Assembly: GCA_963749705.1 (NCBI GenBank)
Contig: CAVVNQ010000003.1
Span: 224,001 to 288,000 of the forward strand
DNA length: 64,000 nucleotides
Direction: 5' to 3'
From: an uncultured Chloroflexia bacterium
GTDB taxonomy: Bacteria > Chloroflexota > Limnocylindria > Limnocylindrales > CSP1-4
Shown here: piece by piece, positions 52,520 to 61,621 of the stretch
Position numbering within the stretch: position 1 is the first letter of the stretch
How the letters are laid out: the number at the start of each line of letters is the position of its first letter
Position numbers and translations under genes: made by a program
The notes under the pieces: model-generated
Told to the model about the DNA's origin: nothing
Databases searched by the model: none
The model's input: only the letters and a program-made list of their open reading frames with translations

Positions 52520-53368
52520 CTAGAGCATCCCGGGGTTGGGCATCAGCCGGGCAGGATCCACGAGCCCGCCCTCGCTCGCCATGTACTGGTCGCGATCGTG
52601 GACCAGGAAGCCCAGGTCGAGGAGGACGCGAAGCAGGGGGCTGGGTCCCAGGACGACGCACTGGACGGAACCCCCGCGGGCCGCCATCCGGAGCGCGGCC
52701 AGGGCCGGCGCAACCGGGTCGACTCCCGGCCGGACGAGGAGCCGGTCCACGACGCGGACCCGGGTGGCCTGCCGGGTCCGCGCGTGGACGATGGCTGCCG
52801 GCTCGCCGCCGTCGGCCACGACGGCCGAGGCCGCCTCGCCCTGCGAGGCCCAGAACTCGTGGTCGACCGAGCGGTCGACGCCCGTCCATTCCAGCTCGAG
52901 CCGGGCGAGCCTCGTGGCGTCGGCGCGCTCGACATCGATCGACCGCGGCGGCGCCGGCAGGACCGCCCCCGCACCCTCGAGGTAGAGGCTCGCCCACAGC
53001 GGCGCCATCCCCGCCCGGACGTACAGCGGCAGGGCGCGCGGATCGTCCGAGGCAAAGGTGGTCCGGCGGCTCGCCCCGGCGAACAGGGCCGACAACAGCG
53101 GCCGGCCGATGCCGCGTCCGAGGAGGCCGGGCCGCACGAACAGGTCCGCGAGGTGCGCCGAGATCCCGGTGTCCACGATGGCCCCGAACGCCACGACCTC
53201 GTCCACGACGCTCACCATGGCCCGGTGATGGCGGACCAGGTGGGCAACGTAGGGCCCGACGATGTCGGCGGTCACGATCGGGCCGTCGTTGCCGTGATCG
53301 GCCAGGATCGACCGGATCGCACCGATGTCGTCGGGCCGGGCGGAGCGGATCTCCGGCGCGGGTGTCAC
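52520..53368 (-). CDS. GNAT family N-acetyltransferase
   Basis: LADLFVRPGLLGRGIGRPLL, ALPLYVRAGM. Confidence 0.75.
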   Translation of the reverse strand: MTPAPEIRSARPDDIGAIRSILADHGNDGPIVTADIVGPYVAHLVRHHRAMVSVVDEVVAFGAIVDTGISAHLADLFVRPGLLGRGIGRPLLSALFAGASRRTTFASDDPRALPLYVRAGMAPLWASLYLEGAGAVLPAPPRSIDVERADATRLARLELEWTGVDRSVDHEFWASQGEAASAVVADGGEPAAIVHARTRQATRVRVVDRLLVRPGVDPVAPALAALRMAARGGSVQCVVLGPSPLLRVLLDLGFLVHDRDQYMASEGGLVDPARLMPNPGML

Positions 53369-53399
53369 GTATCTCTCCGCCGGCCGCCCACGCGCGCGC

Positions 53400-54611
53400 T
53401 CAGCTCCGACGTGCTCGCGGACCGCGGCCGTACCTGGCCATGACGTCCAGCAGCCGCTCGTGGTCCAGGGCGTGCGCCGTGATCCCGTCGCGCCCGGTCA
53501 TGGTGCGCGCGGCCAGCAGCGCGTTGACGACCGCTGCCTCGGTTGCCTCGACGACTGCCTCGAACAGCGGCGTGATCGCGCGATCAACGACCATCTCCAC
53601 GCCGACGGTGCTGCGGGCATCGCGCTCCCCCGCCGTGCGGGACAATCCGCGGTTGCCGGTCGCGAACGCGATGAACAGGTCGCCGGAACCGTGCGAGGCG
53701 ATGCCGCCCATTCGCGCGATGCCGAGGCCGGCCCGCTGCGCTAGGCGCTCGCACTGGTGCGGGAGCAGCGGGGCATCGGTCGCAACGACCGCGATGATCG
53801 AGCCGCCGCCGGCTCCCGACCTTGACGAGGCGCCAGGCGCCTCGCCGGCGGCGTCCGCCTCGCGGCGCTCGACCTCGTCCCAGGCGCTCGGCACGTCCGA
53901 GGTCGGGATCTCCTGGCCCACGGGCACGCCGTCGATCCGCAGCAGCTCGCGTGACCCGTAGTTCGTCTGGACCAGCGCCCCGACGACCCAGCCGCCATCG
54001 GACTCGGGGATGCGTCGTGAAGCGGTCCCGATCCCCCCCTTGAGGTCGTGGCAGATCATGCCGGTGCCGCCCCCGACGTTGCCCTCGGCCACTGGCCCGC
54101 GGGACGCGGCCGAGATGGCAGCGTCGACGTGCTCGGGACGAACGTGGAAGCCGTTGATGTCATTGAGTGCGCCGTCGTACGTTTCGCCGACAACGGGCAG
54201 CGACCAGAAGACCGACTCGGGCGCGCGCTCGCGAGCGGCGTGGCGGATCAGCGCGTCCCGGACGACGCCGACGCTGTGGGTGTTGGTGATCGCGATCACG
54301 CCGCCCAGGAACCCGGACTCCCTGACCCACTCGAGACCGGTGAGCTCACCGTTCCCATTGAGCCGGTGGCAGCCCGCGAACACGGGCTCGGTCCAGACAT
54401 CGTCCTCGTGGGGGATGACGACCGTGACCCCGGTTCGGACGGGCCCCCGACCCACCACGAGCGGGCCGTCACCTTCGATCAGCGTCGTGTGGCCGACGCG
54501 AACGCCCGGGACATCGGTGATCGCATCCCGTTCCCCGGGGCTGAGACGTCCGATCCGAATGCCCAGCTCGAGCGCGCCCACGGGCACCTCCGACTCCGGT
54601 CCGACCGCCAA
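53400..54611 (-). CDS. DmpA/BapA (P1 family) aminopeptidase
   Basis: AITDVPGVRVGHTT, RTGVT, NGNGELTG, EGNVGGGTGM, GG/SII autocleavage site, SGD; start uncertain. Confidence 0.9.
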   Translation of the reverse strand: MAVGPESEVPVGALELGIRIGRLSPGERDAITDVPGVRVGHTTLIEGDGPLVVGRGPVRTGVTVVIPHEDDVWTEPVFAGCHRLNGNGELTGLEWVRESGFLGGVIAITNTHSVGVVRDALIRHAARERAPESVFWSLPVVGETYDGALNDINGFHVRPEHVDAAISAASRGPVAEGNVGGGTGMICHDLKGGIGTASRRIPESDGGWVVGALVQTNYGSRELLRIDGVPVGQEIPTSDVPSAWDEVERREADAAGEAPGASSRSGAGGGSIIAVVATDAPLLPHQCERLAQRAGLGIARMGGIASHGSGDLFIAFATGNRGLSRTAGERDARSTVGVEMVVDRAITPLFEAVVEATEAAVVNALLAARTMTGRDGITAHALDHERLLDVMARYGRGPRARRS

Positions 54612-54636
54612 CCTGCGGTCACCCTATCATCGCCCG

Positions 54637-56160
54637 GTGCGCACGCCTTCGGAGACCGGTCCTGCAACGGTGTCGGGGCGACCACGCCTCGCGCCGACGA
54701 TCGTGCGCGTCCCGTGGCTCGACGCCGTCCCGCCCCTGGATGCCGCCGAGGCGTTCCGGGATCTCCCCGGTCTCGCGCTGCTGGAGAGCGCCCGACCCGG
54801 CCGGACCGGGCGGTGGAGCTTCCTGACCGCCGATCCGCTGGTCGTCCTCGATGCGCCGGCGGAGGGGCCCGACCCGTTCGCCGAGGCGCGCGCGCTGCTG
54901 GGCCGGATGGCGCCCGACGCGCCGGCATCGCCCGACGCGCCGGCATCGCCCGACACGCCCGGATCGCCCGACGCGCCGGATCCGCGCGATGCCCGGGCAT
55001 CGACCGCCGCGCCGCCGTTCGCCGGCGGTCTTGTCGGGTACCTCTCGTACGACCTGGGACGGCGGTTCGAGCGCGTGCCATCGATCGCCGTGGCAGACCA
55101 GCACCTGCCGCTGCTCCGGCTCGCCCTCCATGACTGGGTCCTTGCGTGGGATCGGCGCTCGGGAACGGCCTGGCTCGCGGCCCGGGTCGTCGACGGGGAC
55201 CGGGCACGCCTCGGCCGCCGGGTGGGCGATGTCCTCGCCCGGGTCGACCGGCTGCGGCGCGGCGAGGTGGTGGCGTCCGGCCATCCGCCCGCCGTGCTCC
55301 CGGCCTCGCTCTCCTCGGGGACGGACCGCTCGACGTGGATGGCGGGCGTGGACGCCGTGCGCGCCGCGATCGGTCGTGGCGAGATCTACCAGGCGAACGT
55401 CGCGCGCCGGCTCACGGCGCCGTTCGACGGCGATCCGTGGCCCGTGTTCCGGCGGTTGCGCACCGGCGATCCCGCGCTGTTCGCCGGATACCTCGACCTC
55501 GGCCCGTCGCCGGCCACGGGCGCACCGCGGGCGATCCTGTCCGCGTCGCCCGAGCCGTTCCTGGCGATCGACGAGCGCGGCCGCGTCGCCACCGACCCGA
55601 TCAAGGGCACGCGGCCACGGGGCAGGACACGCGCGGAGGACCGCGCGCTCGCCCGCGAGCTGCTGGCCAGCGCCAAGGACCAGGCCGAGAACGTGATGAT
55701 CGTGGACGTGCTGCGCAACGATCTCGGCCGGGTGTGCGTGCCGGGAACCGTCCGCGTGCCGCGGCTGCTGCGACTCGAGCGCACCGCGGCGGTCCAGCAC
55801 CTCGTGACCACCGTGACGGGCCGCCTGCGGCCCGGCCTCGGCCCGTTCGACCTGCTGGCCGCCGCCTTTCCCGGGGGCAGCATCACGGGCGCTCCCAAGA
55901 TCCGCGCGATGGAGGTCATCGAGCGCCTCGAGCCCGTCCGCCGCGGTCCGTACTGCGGGACCCTGGCCTGGATCGGACCCGACGGCCGGATGGGGTCGAG
56001 CATCCTGATCCGGACCTTCGTGGCGGACGGCGAGCGGTTGACGCTCCACGTCGGGGGCGGCATCACGTGGCGCAGCGACCCCGCGGCGGAGTGGGACGAG
56101 ACGGTGGCCAAGGCGAGCGGCCCGCTGTCGTCCATCGGCGCGGTCGAGGGTTCCCCATGA
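54637..56160 (+). CDS. pabB: Aminodeoxychorismate synthase component I
   Basis: LLES, PFAGGLVGYLSYD, GEIYQAN, SPEPF, PIKGTRPR, AENVMIVDVLRND, FPGGSITGAPK; coupled to a class IV aminotransferase. Confidence 0.85.
   Translation: MRTPSETGPATVSGRPRLAPTIVRVPWLDAVPPLDAAEAFRDLPGLALLESARPGRTGRWSFLTADPLVVLDAPAEGPDPFAEARALLGRMAPDAPASPDAPASPDTPGSPDAPDPRDARASTAAPPFAGGLVGYLSYDLGRRFERVPSIAVADQHLPLLRLALHDWVLAWDRRSGTAWLAARVVDGDRARLGRRVGDVLARVDRLRRGEVVASGHPPAVLPASLSSGTDRSTWMAGVDAVRAAIGRGEIYQANVARRLTAPFDGDPWPVFRRLRTGDPALFAGYLDLGPSPATGAPRAILSASPEPFLAIDERGRVATDPIKGTRPRGRTRAEDRALARELLASAKDQAENVMIVDVLRNDLGRVCVPGTVRVPRLLRLERTAAVQHLVTTVTGRLRPGLGPFDLLAAAFPGGSITGAPKIRAMEVIERLEPVRRGPYCGTLAWIGPDGRMGSSILIRTFVADGERLTLHVGGGITWRSDPAAEWDETVAKASGPLSSIGAVEGSP
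54913..54984 (+). repeat. 18-bp in-frame tandem repeat (4 degenerate copies)
   Basis: CCCGACGCGCCGGCATCG units encoding PDAPAS-PDAPAS-PDTPGS-PDAPDP inside pabB. Confidence 0.85.
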
Positions 56161-57101
56161 CCGGCCACACGGGCGCGACCCGCGAGCCGAGCGTGCCGGA
56201 CGCCGGTCCCCGGTTCGTGTGGGTCGACGGCGAGCTGCAACCGGCCGGGGCGCGCCACCTGTCCGTGTCCGACCGCGGATTCCAGCTGGGCGACGGGATC
56301 TTCGAGACGCTCCGCGCCCGCGGCGGGCACGTGACCGAGCTGGCCGAGCACGTGGCGCGGCTGCGGGAGTCCGCCGACGGCCTCGCGATCGAGCTCCCGG
56401 CCGATATCGAATCGCGCCTGGCCGGCGGGATCGACGCGCTGCTCGCCGCCGAGGGGCTGGACGCGGTCGCGGCCGATGCCTCGATCCGGGTCACCGTATC
56501 CCGCGGCACGTGGTCGTCGCGGGGCCTGCTGCCGCCCGCGTCCGAGCATCTGTCGGCGACGATCGTGATCCAGGCCTGGCCCGTGTCACCGCCGCCCGCC
56601 GGGCACCTGGATCGAGGGCTGTCGCTGGCCGTGAGCACGATCCGCCGCGACCCGCTCAACCCGATCTCGACGCTCAAGACCACATCGCGCGCGGACTACA
56701 TCTACGCGCGGATCGAGGCCCGCCGCGCCGGCGCCGAGGATGCGGTGTTCCTGACCACCCAGGGATACCTGTCGGAATCGACGACCGCCAACGTGTTCCT
56801 CGTCCGGCGCGGGGTCGACGGCCGGCTGGAGCTCGCGACGCCGGCGCTCGACTGCGCGATCCTGCCCGGGACGACGCGGTCGTGGCTGCTCCGGTGGGCG
56901 GCGACCGCCGGGCTGGTGCCGATCGAGGGCAGGCTGACACCGGACGAGCTGGCTGCCGCCGACGAGGCGTTCCTGTGCTCGTCCGTCGCCGGGATCCTGC
57001 CGGTCACCAGGTTCAACGGGCACTCGATCGGGACGGGGCTGCCCGGGCCATGGACGCTCCGGGCGCGGGCAGATCGCGAGGCGTTCATCCGCCAGGGCTG
57101 A
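56157..57101 (+). CDS. Class IV PLP enzyme, probable 4-amino-4-deoxychorismate lyase
   Basis: DRGFQLGDGIFET, H..RL, LKTTS (PLP Lys), E.TTANVF, ILPGTTR; ATGA overlap with pabB. Confidence 0.82.
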   Translation: MTGHTGATREPSVPDAGPRFVWVDGELQPAGARHLSVSDRGFQLGDGIFETLRARGGHVTELAEHVARLRESADGLAIELPADIESRLAGGIDALLAAEGLDAVAADASIRVTVSRGTWSSRGLLPPASEHLSATIVIQAWPVSPPPAGHLDRGLSLAVSTIRRDPLNPISTLKTTSRADYIYARIEARRAGAEDAVFLTTQGYLSESTTANVFLVRRGVDGRLELATPALDCAILPGTTRSWLLRWAATAGLVPIEGRLTPDELAAADEAFLCSSVAGILPVTRFNGHSIGTGLPGPWTLRARADREAFIRQG

Positions 57102-57164
57102 TGCGGGACGGATGACGGCGTGGTGCCGGCACCCTTCGAGCGCGGCCCGGCCTAGACTCAGCGG

Positions 57165-57731
57165 GTGACACGTGACGAGCTGATCCTCCGGACCCGCCAG
57201 CTGATCGACGAGGGCGAGCGCCTCGACCAGCAGCCCTCGCTCAACGCGCTCCAGACCTGGCTCCAGCTGTCGGATGACCTGCTGTCGACCGCGTGGGGCA
57301 CGATGGACCGCTACCACCTCGCCTGGCTCATGGTCGGCAAGCCCAAGGGGATCATCCGCGGACGCGGGCTGACCGAGGCCGAGGAGGCCGCGTACGTCCG
57401 GGAGGTCGCCGCCCAGAAGACGGCCGCGCTCCGGATGAGCCTCGACGCCGTCGACCGCCAGGGCATGCCGTTCCGCGGCGAGACGGGGGGTGTCGGCGCA
57501 GGTCAGGGGATGGGCGAGGTTCCGGCATCGGAGCCCGGAGGCCCGGCGGGCGCCGAAGCCACGGCGGCTCCGGGACCCGTTGCGCCCACCCCCACCCCGG
57601 GTGCCGGCGGCAGGGTGATCCCGCTCGACCCCGAGATGCAACGCCGGCTCGACGAGGTGCGGCGCGCCGCGGCGGGGCACGATGAGCATGCAACCCGGCG
57701 GGCGCCCCGGCCGGAGCGGCTCCAGCGATGA
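57165..57731 (+). CDS. Hypothetical protein
   Basis: GC3-rich ORF; TAGACT -10-like hexamer 6 nt upstream; overlaps next gene. Confidence 0.7.
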   Translation: MTRDELILRTRQLIDEGERLDQQPSLNALQTWLQLSDDLLSTAWGTMDRYHLAWLMVGKPKGIIRGRGLTEAEEAAYVREVAAQKTAALRMSLDAVDRQGMPFRGETGGVGAGQGMGEVPASEPGGPAGAEATAAPGPVAPTPTPGAGGRVIPLDPEMQRRLDEVRRAAAGHDEHATRRAPRPERLQR

Positions 57732-59011
57732 CGTCGACAAGAGTCACCGCGTCCGGCGGGGAGCGGACGGTGCCCGAGCCGGATCCGGTCGCGCGCGACT
57801 ACCTGCTGCTCGCGCTCCGCCTCGACCATCACGCGCCGGGCATGGTCGACGGGTACTTCGGACCGGCCGACGTCAAGGCGCAGGTCGACATGGAGCAGCT
57901 GCGCAGCCCGGCGCGCCTTGCCGATGACGCTGCCGCCCTTCGCGCCCGCCTCGACGCCGAGGTCGCCGAACCCGATCGACGGCACTGGCTCGACGTCCAG
58001 CTGGTCGCGCTGGAGACGCTGGCGCTGGCCCTGGCGGGCACGACGCTCCCATACCTCGAGCACGTGACCCGCAGCTTCGCGTTCCGGCCCGCGCGCCGCC
58101 CGGAGTCCGTGTTCGGCACCGCCGCGCGGGAGATGGACGATGCGCTGCCGGGGCCCGGCACGCTCAGCGAACGCCTCGCGGCGGACGACGCGGCGTGGAC
58201 CGTCCCGCAGGACCGGGTCCCGATCGTCGTGGAGCACCTCGTGGGCCGGTTCCGGGACGTTGCCGCGCGGCTGTTTCCCCTGCCACCCGGCGAGGACCTC
58301 CTGGTGTCGCTCGTCAGGAACCAGCCGTGGTCCGGCTACAACTGGTACGACGGCGGGTACCGTTCACGTGTCGACCTCAACCTCGACCTGCCGATCCGGC
58401 TGCCGGGCCTGGTCGGGACGATCGCCCACGAGACATATCCCGGGCACCATCTGGAGCACGCGATCAAGGAGCATGAGCTCGTGGAGCGGCTGGGGCGGCT
58501 CGAGGCGAGCGCCCTGCTGATCAACACCCCCGAATGCCTGATCTCCGAGGGGCTGGCCAACCTCGGCCGCCGGTTCGCGGCTCCGCCGGACACGCAGGCA
58601 GCGCTGCTCGCGGACCTGGCACCGATGGCGGGTCTCGGGCTCGCCGATGACCGCGATGCCCTGCGCGAGGCGGCGGACCGGCGACAGCGGATCACCGGGC
58701 CGCGGGCCGTCCTGGATGGGACCCGGATCAACGCCGCGCTGATGCGCCACGCGGACGGGCGACCGCACGACGAGGTCCTGGACTACCTGGTCGAGGTCGG
58801 GCGGTTCGCCCCCGAGGCCGCCGCCAAGCGCCTCGAGTTCATCGAGCATCCGTTGTGGAGGACGTACATCTTCGTGTACGACGAGGGCGAGGCGCTGCTT
58901 GGGCGCTGGCTCGAGCTGGTCCCCGAGGACGCGCGCGCGGCCCGATTCGGTCGGTTGCTGCGCGAGCCGCTCACCCCGCCGGCGATCGAGGCGGAGATCG
59001 CCGCGGGCTGA
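57728..59011 (+). CDS. DUF885-like putative metallopeptidase
   Basis: AHETYPGHH plus downstream SEGLA; YIFVY..G. Confidence 0.65.
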   Translation: MTSTRVTASGGERTVPEPDPVARDYLLLALRLDHHAPGMVDGYFGPADVKAQVDMEQLRSPARLADDAAALRARLDAEVAEPDRRHWLDVQLVALETLALALAGTTLPYLEHVTRSFAFRPARRPESVFGTAAREMDDALPGPGTLSERLAADDAAWTVPQDRVPIVVEHLVGRFRDVAARLFPLPPGEDLLVSLVRNQPWSGYNWYDGGYRSRVDLNLDLPIRLPGLVGTIAHETYPGHHLEHAIKEHELVERLGRLEASALLINTPECLISEGLANLGRRFAAPPDTQAALLADLAPMAGLGLADDRDALREAADRRQRITGPRAVLDGTRINAALMRHADGRPHDEVLDYLVEVGRFAPEAAAKRLEFIEHPLWRTYIFVYDEGEALLGRWLELVPEDARAARFGRLLREPLTPPAIEAEIAAG

Positions 59012-59094
59012 TCGTCAGCTGCCCGCTGCGCGACACGACGCCCTGACAATGCCGCCCGAGGTCGGGGTCAGGTAGCAGGTCTGGTCCGCGGGGA

Positions 59095-59607
59095 TCAGCG
59101 GGCTCGCAGCGCCGCCACGACCAGCGCGGCGGCGGCGATCAGGATCGCCAGCGGACCGTACCGCTGCTCGATGTAGGCGGCGGGATCCAGCACGCCGCCT
59201 TCGACGCGCGCCCATGCCCAGTCGACAACGAAGCCGGCCACCACCGCAGCAGCGGCGAGCGAGGTCGCGGCGGCCATCCGGGTGGTGCGCCGGGCGATGA
59301 GCGTTCGGCCGCCGCCCCACAGCAGCGCCAGCGTCACCGCCCATCCGACACCCGCTCCCACCGCGATCAGGCCGGCGCCAATGTCCAGCAGGCCGAGCCC
59401 GAAGATCAGCAGTGCGCCGATCGCGCCGGTCAGCACCGCGGCGGCCAGCCCCCGCAGGCGCGCGGCCGGAGCCCGGCCCGGCAGCGTGGCCGGGCCCGCC
59501 GGCCCGCCGTCATCCCGGTCCCGTTCGTACCGCGCCCCCGGCGCACGATCGAGGCGTGCCGATCCGCCGCGCGGCTGGGGGCCGGATGTTCCTGCAGGGT
59601 CGTCCAT
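59095..59607 (-). CDS. Hypothetical membrane protein (about 4 TM)
   Basis: ATG 59607 with TACGAT 7 nt upstream; hydrophobic segments; EGGVL motif. Confidence 0.65.
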   Translation of the reverse strand: MDDPAGTSGPQPRGGSARLDRAPGARYERDRDDGGPAGPATLPGRAPAARLRGLAAAVLTGAIGALLIFGLGLLDIGAGLIAVGAGVGWAVTLALLWGGGRTLIARRTTRMAAATSLAAAAVVAGFVVDWAWARVEGGVLDPAAYIEQRYGPLAILIAAAALVVAALRAR

Positions 59608-59656
59608 GAGCCAGATCGTACGCGCTCGCCCGGTGGGGACGGTATCCTTCGAATCC

Positions 59657-60139
59657 GTGAGCCATCCCAGTCTCGGCCTGCCGCCCCGGAGCCTTGTCAC
59701 CGGGTACCCCGACGCCGCCGCGCGGCTTCGGGCGGATCGCGCGCGCATCGCCGCTCGTGCGCTCGAGGTGGCCGTCGCCGATGACCCGTCGTTCGGCCAG
59801 CGGCACGACGAGGCCGGGCTGCGAAACCTGCTGCGTGATGCGGAGGTCCTCGTCGATCGCCTGGCGGTGTGCGTCGCGGGCAATGACTCGAGCTGGCTCA
59901 AGGAGTTTGCGGACCAGACCGCCCCGGTGTTCCGACGGCGAAAGGTCGCCATGGACGACGTCGTCAGGATCTGCGAAGGGCTGCGGTCCGGCGCCCGCGG
60001 CGTGCTGGCCGAGGACGAGATGGTCCCGGCCGACCACGCGCTGGACGAGGCCATCGAGGTGTTCCGGTGGTACCGGCGCCTGGCCGGCGATGCCCGCAAG
60101 CGGAACCGGATCGTGACCGCCATCTACCGGGGCGCGTAG
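59657..60139 (+). CDS. Globin/phycobiliprotein-fold-like protein
   Basis: A..L...R.RI...A....P, LLRD, then patterned helices aligning by eye with the allophycocyanin globin core; TATCCT 8 nt before GTG. Confidence 0.6.
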   Translation: MSHPSLGLPPRSLVTGYPDAAARLRADRARIAARALEVAVADDPSFGQRHDEAGLRNLLRDAEVLVDRLAVCVAGNDSSWLKEFADQTAPVFRRRKVAMDDVVRICEGLRSGARGVLAEDEMVPADHALDEAIEVFRWYRRLAGDARKRNRIVTAIYRGA

Positions 60140-60149
60140 GATCCCGACG

Positions 60150-60470
60150 ATGACGATCAAGTGGGTCAAGGTGGACCGCCTGGTGATGAACGGGGAGCCG
60201 TTCTGCTACGGCAGCCGCCTCACCGTGCGCCAGGTCCTCGAGCAGCGGGCCGCCGGTCGGACGGTCGTGGATCTGCTCAAGGACCACCCGGAGCTGCGGG
60301 TGGTGGGGATCGCCGAGGCGTTCGCCTATGCCGCCGGCCATCGCGAGCGGTACGCGGACTTTTTCGACGGCGACGGCTCGCTCATGGGGCCGGGTCTCAC
60401 CGATGCGGAGGCGGCCGTGCTCCCCGAACGGCTGCGGATCCCCGGCATCGTGGTCGGAGCGCCCGCCTGA
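60150..60470 (+). CDS. DUF433 domain protein
   Basis: VMNGEPF..GSRLTV..VL....AG.T...LL..HPEL....I..A.AYAA. Confidence 0.8.
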   Translation: MTIKWVKVDRLVMNGEPFCYGSRLTVRQVLEQRAAGRTVVDLLKDHPELRVVGIAEAFAYAAGHRERYADFFDGDGSLMGPGLTDAEAAVLPERLRIPGIVVGAPA

Positions 60471-60586
60471 CGCCGGTCAGGCTCGCCGGGCGTCGGTCGG
60501 GCACGCGGGGCGCCTGACCTGATCGCCTTTGACGCTCGGACGGTGCGGCCGGTCATTTCCGAGCGTGGTGGTAGGATTTCCCCACG

Positions 60587-60925
60587 ATGAACGAGACGCA
60601 ACCCGCCGCCGCCCCTGACGCCGGCCTCGACCCGGCGTTCGATGCCCAGCGTCGCGCCACCGAGCTCGCGATCCTCGACGCGTTGCGCGCCGTCGTTGAT
60701 CCCGAGATCGGGATGAACGTCGTGGAGCTCGCGCTGATCCGCCAGATCATCCTCGGCCCGGACTCGACCGAGGTGAAGATGATCCTCACCACCCCGTTCT
60801 GTCCCTACGCCGGCGCGATGATCCAGCAGGTCAAGGAGCAGGCGGAGAGCGTGGTCGATCACCCCGTCAAGGTGACCCTGCTGGCCGAGCGCTGGGATCC
60901 GCGCGACGCCGGCCTGATGTGGTGA
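60587..60925 (+). CDS. Metal-sulfur cluster assembly factor (SufT/DUF59)
   Basis: LRAVVDPEIGMNVVELALI, MILTTPFCPYA. Confidence 0.88.
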   Translation: MNETQPAAAPDAGLDPAFDAQRRATELAILDALRAVVDPEIGMNVVELALIRQIILGPDSTEVKMILTTPFCPYAGAMIQQVKEQAESVVDHPVKVTLLAERWDPRDAGLMW

Positions 60926-60952
60926 CCGGCGCCATATCCCGAGCCTGATCCG

Positions 60953-61621
60953 ATGACATCGCGCCGTATCTCGTTCGACTCCGCCGTGGCGACCGGCCGC
61001 GGCGATGACGGCACCACCGGGCTGCTGTTCGGCGGTGACCGTGTTCGCAAGGACGACCCGCGCACGGAGGCCTACGGCACCCTCGACGAGGCGGTGGCGG
61101 CGCTCGGCCTCGCGCGCGCCGAGCTCCGGATGAAGGCCGACTACGGGGTGCTGTCGCCCAGGTTCGGGGGGCTTGCCGACCTGATCCTGCGCTTCCAGCG
61201 CGAGCTGTTCGTCGCCGGCGCGGAGCTGGCCACCAACCCTGCCGCCCGGGCGAAGCAGCGTGACGGCGAGACCCGCGTGACCGCGGCGATGGTCGACGCG
61301 CTCGATGCCACGCTGCGCGAGACGGAGGCCGCGATCGAGCTGCCGCGCGAGTTCGTGGTCCCCGGGGAGACGCGCGTGAGCGCCGCGCTGGAGCTGGCGC
61401 GGACCATGATCCGGCGAGCCGAGCGGCGAACCGTGACGCTTGCCGCGGACGACCCCGAGATCGCCGCCAGCCCGCTCATGCCGTACCTCAACCGGCTCGC
61501 CGACCTGCTCTGGATCCTCGCGCGCGCGGCCGAGCAGGCCGAGGCCAGGGACGCAATCGCGGCCCGTCCCGCGGGACGTGGCGCGGACGCCCGAACGGCG
61601 TCACCCGAAAGGAGCGAATGA
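60953..61621 (+). CDS. ATP:cob(I)alamin adenosyltransferase (PduO type)
   Basis: TGRGDDGTT, RVRKDD, AYGTLDE, FVVPG, ARTMIRRAER, YLNRLADLL. Confidence 0.92.
   Translation: MTSRRISFDSAVATGRGDDGTTGLLFGGDRVRKDDPRTEAYGTLDEAVAALGLARAELRMKADYGVLSPRFGGLADLILRFQRELFVAGAELATNPAARAKQRDGETRVTAAMVDALDATLRETEAAIELPREFVVPGETRVSAALELARTMIRRAERRTVTLAADDPEIAASPLMPYLNRLADLLWILARAAEQAEARDAIAARPAGRGADARTASPERSE

Noticed and set aside
47201-53368. kamA + GNAT as an ablAB osmolyte operon
   Set aside because: About 3.7 kb apart, opposite strands, and the GNAT does not look like AblB
59012-59094. Possible tRNA or small RNA in the convergent gap
   Set aside because: No T-loop GTTCRA, cloverleaf or SRP motif; only a short hairpin
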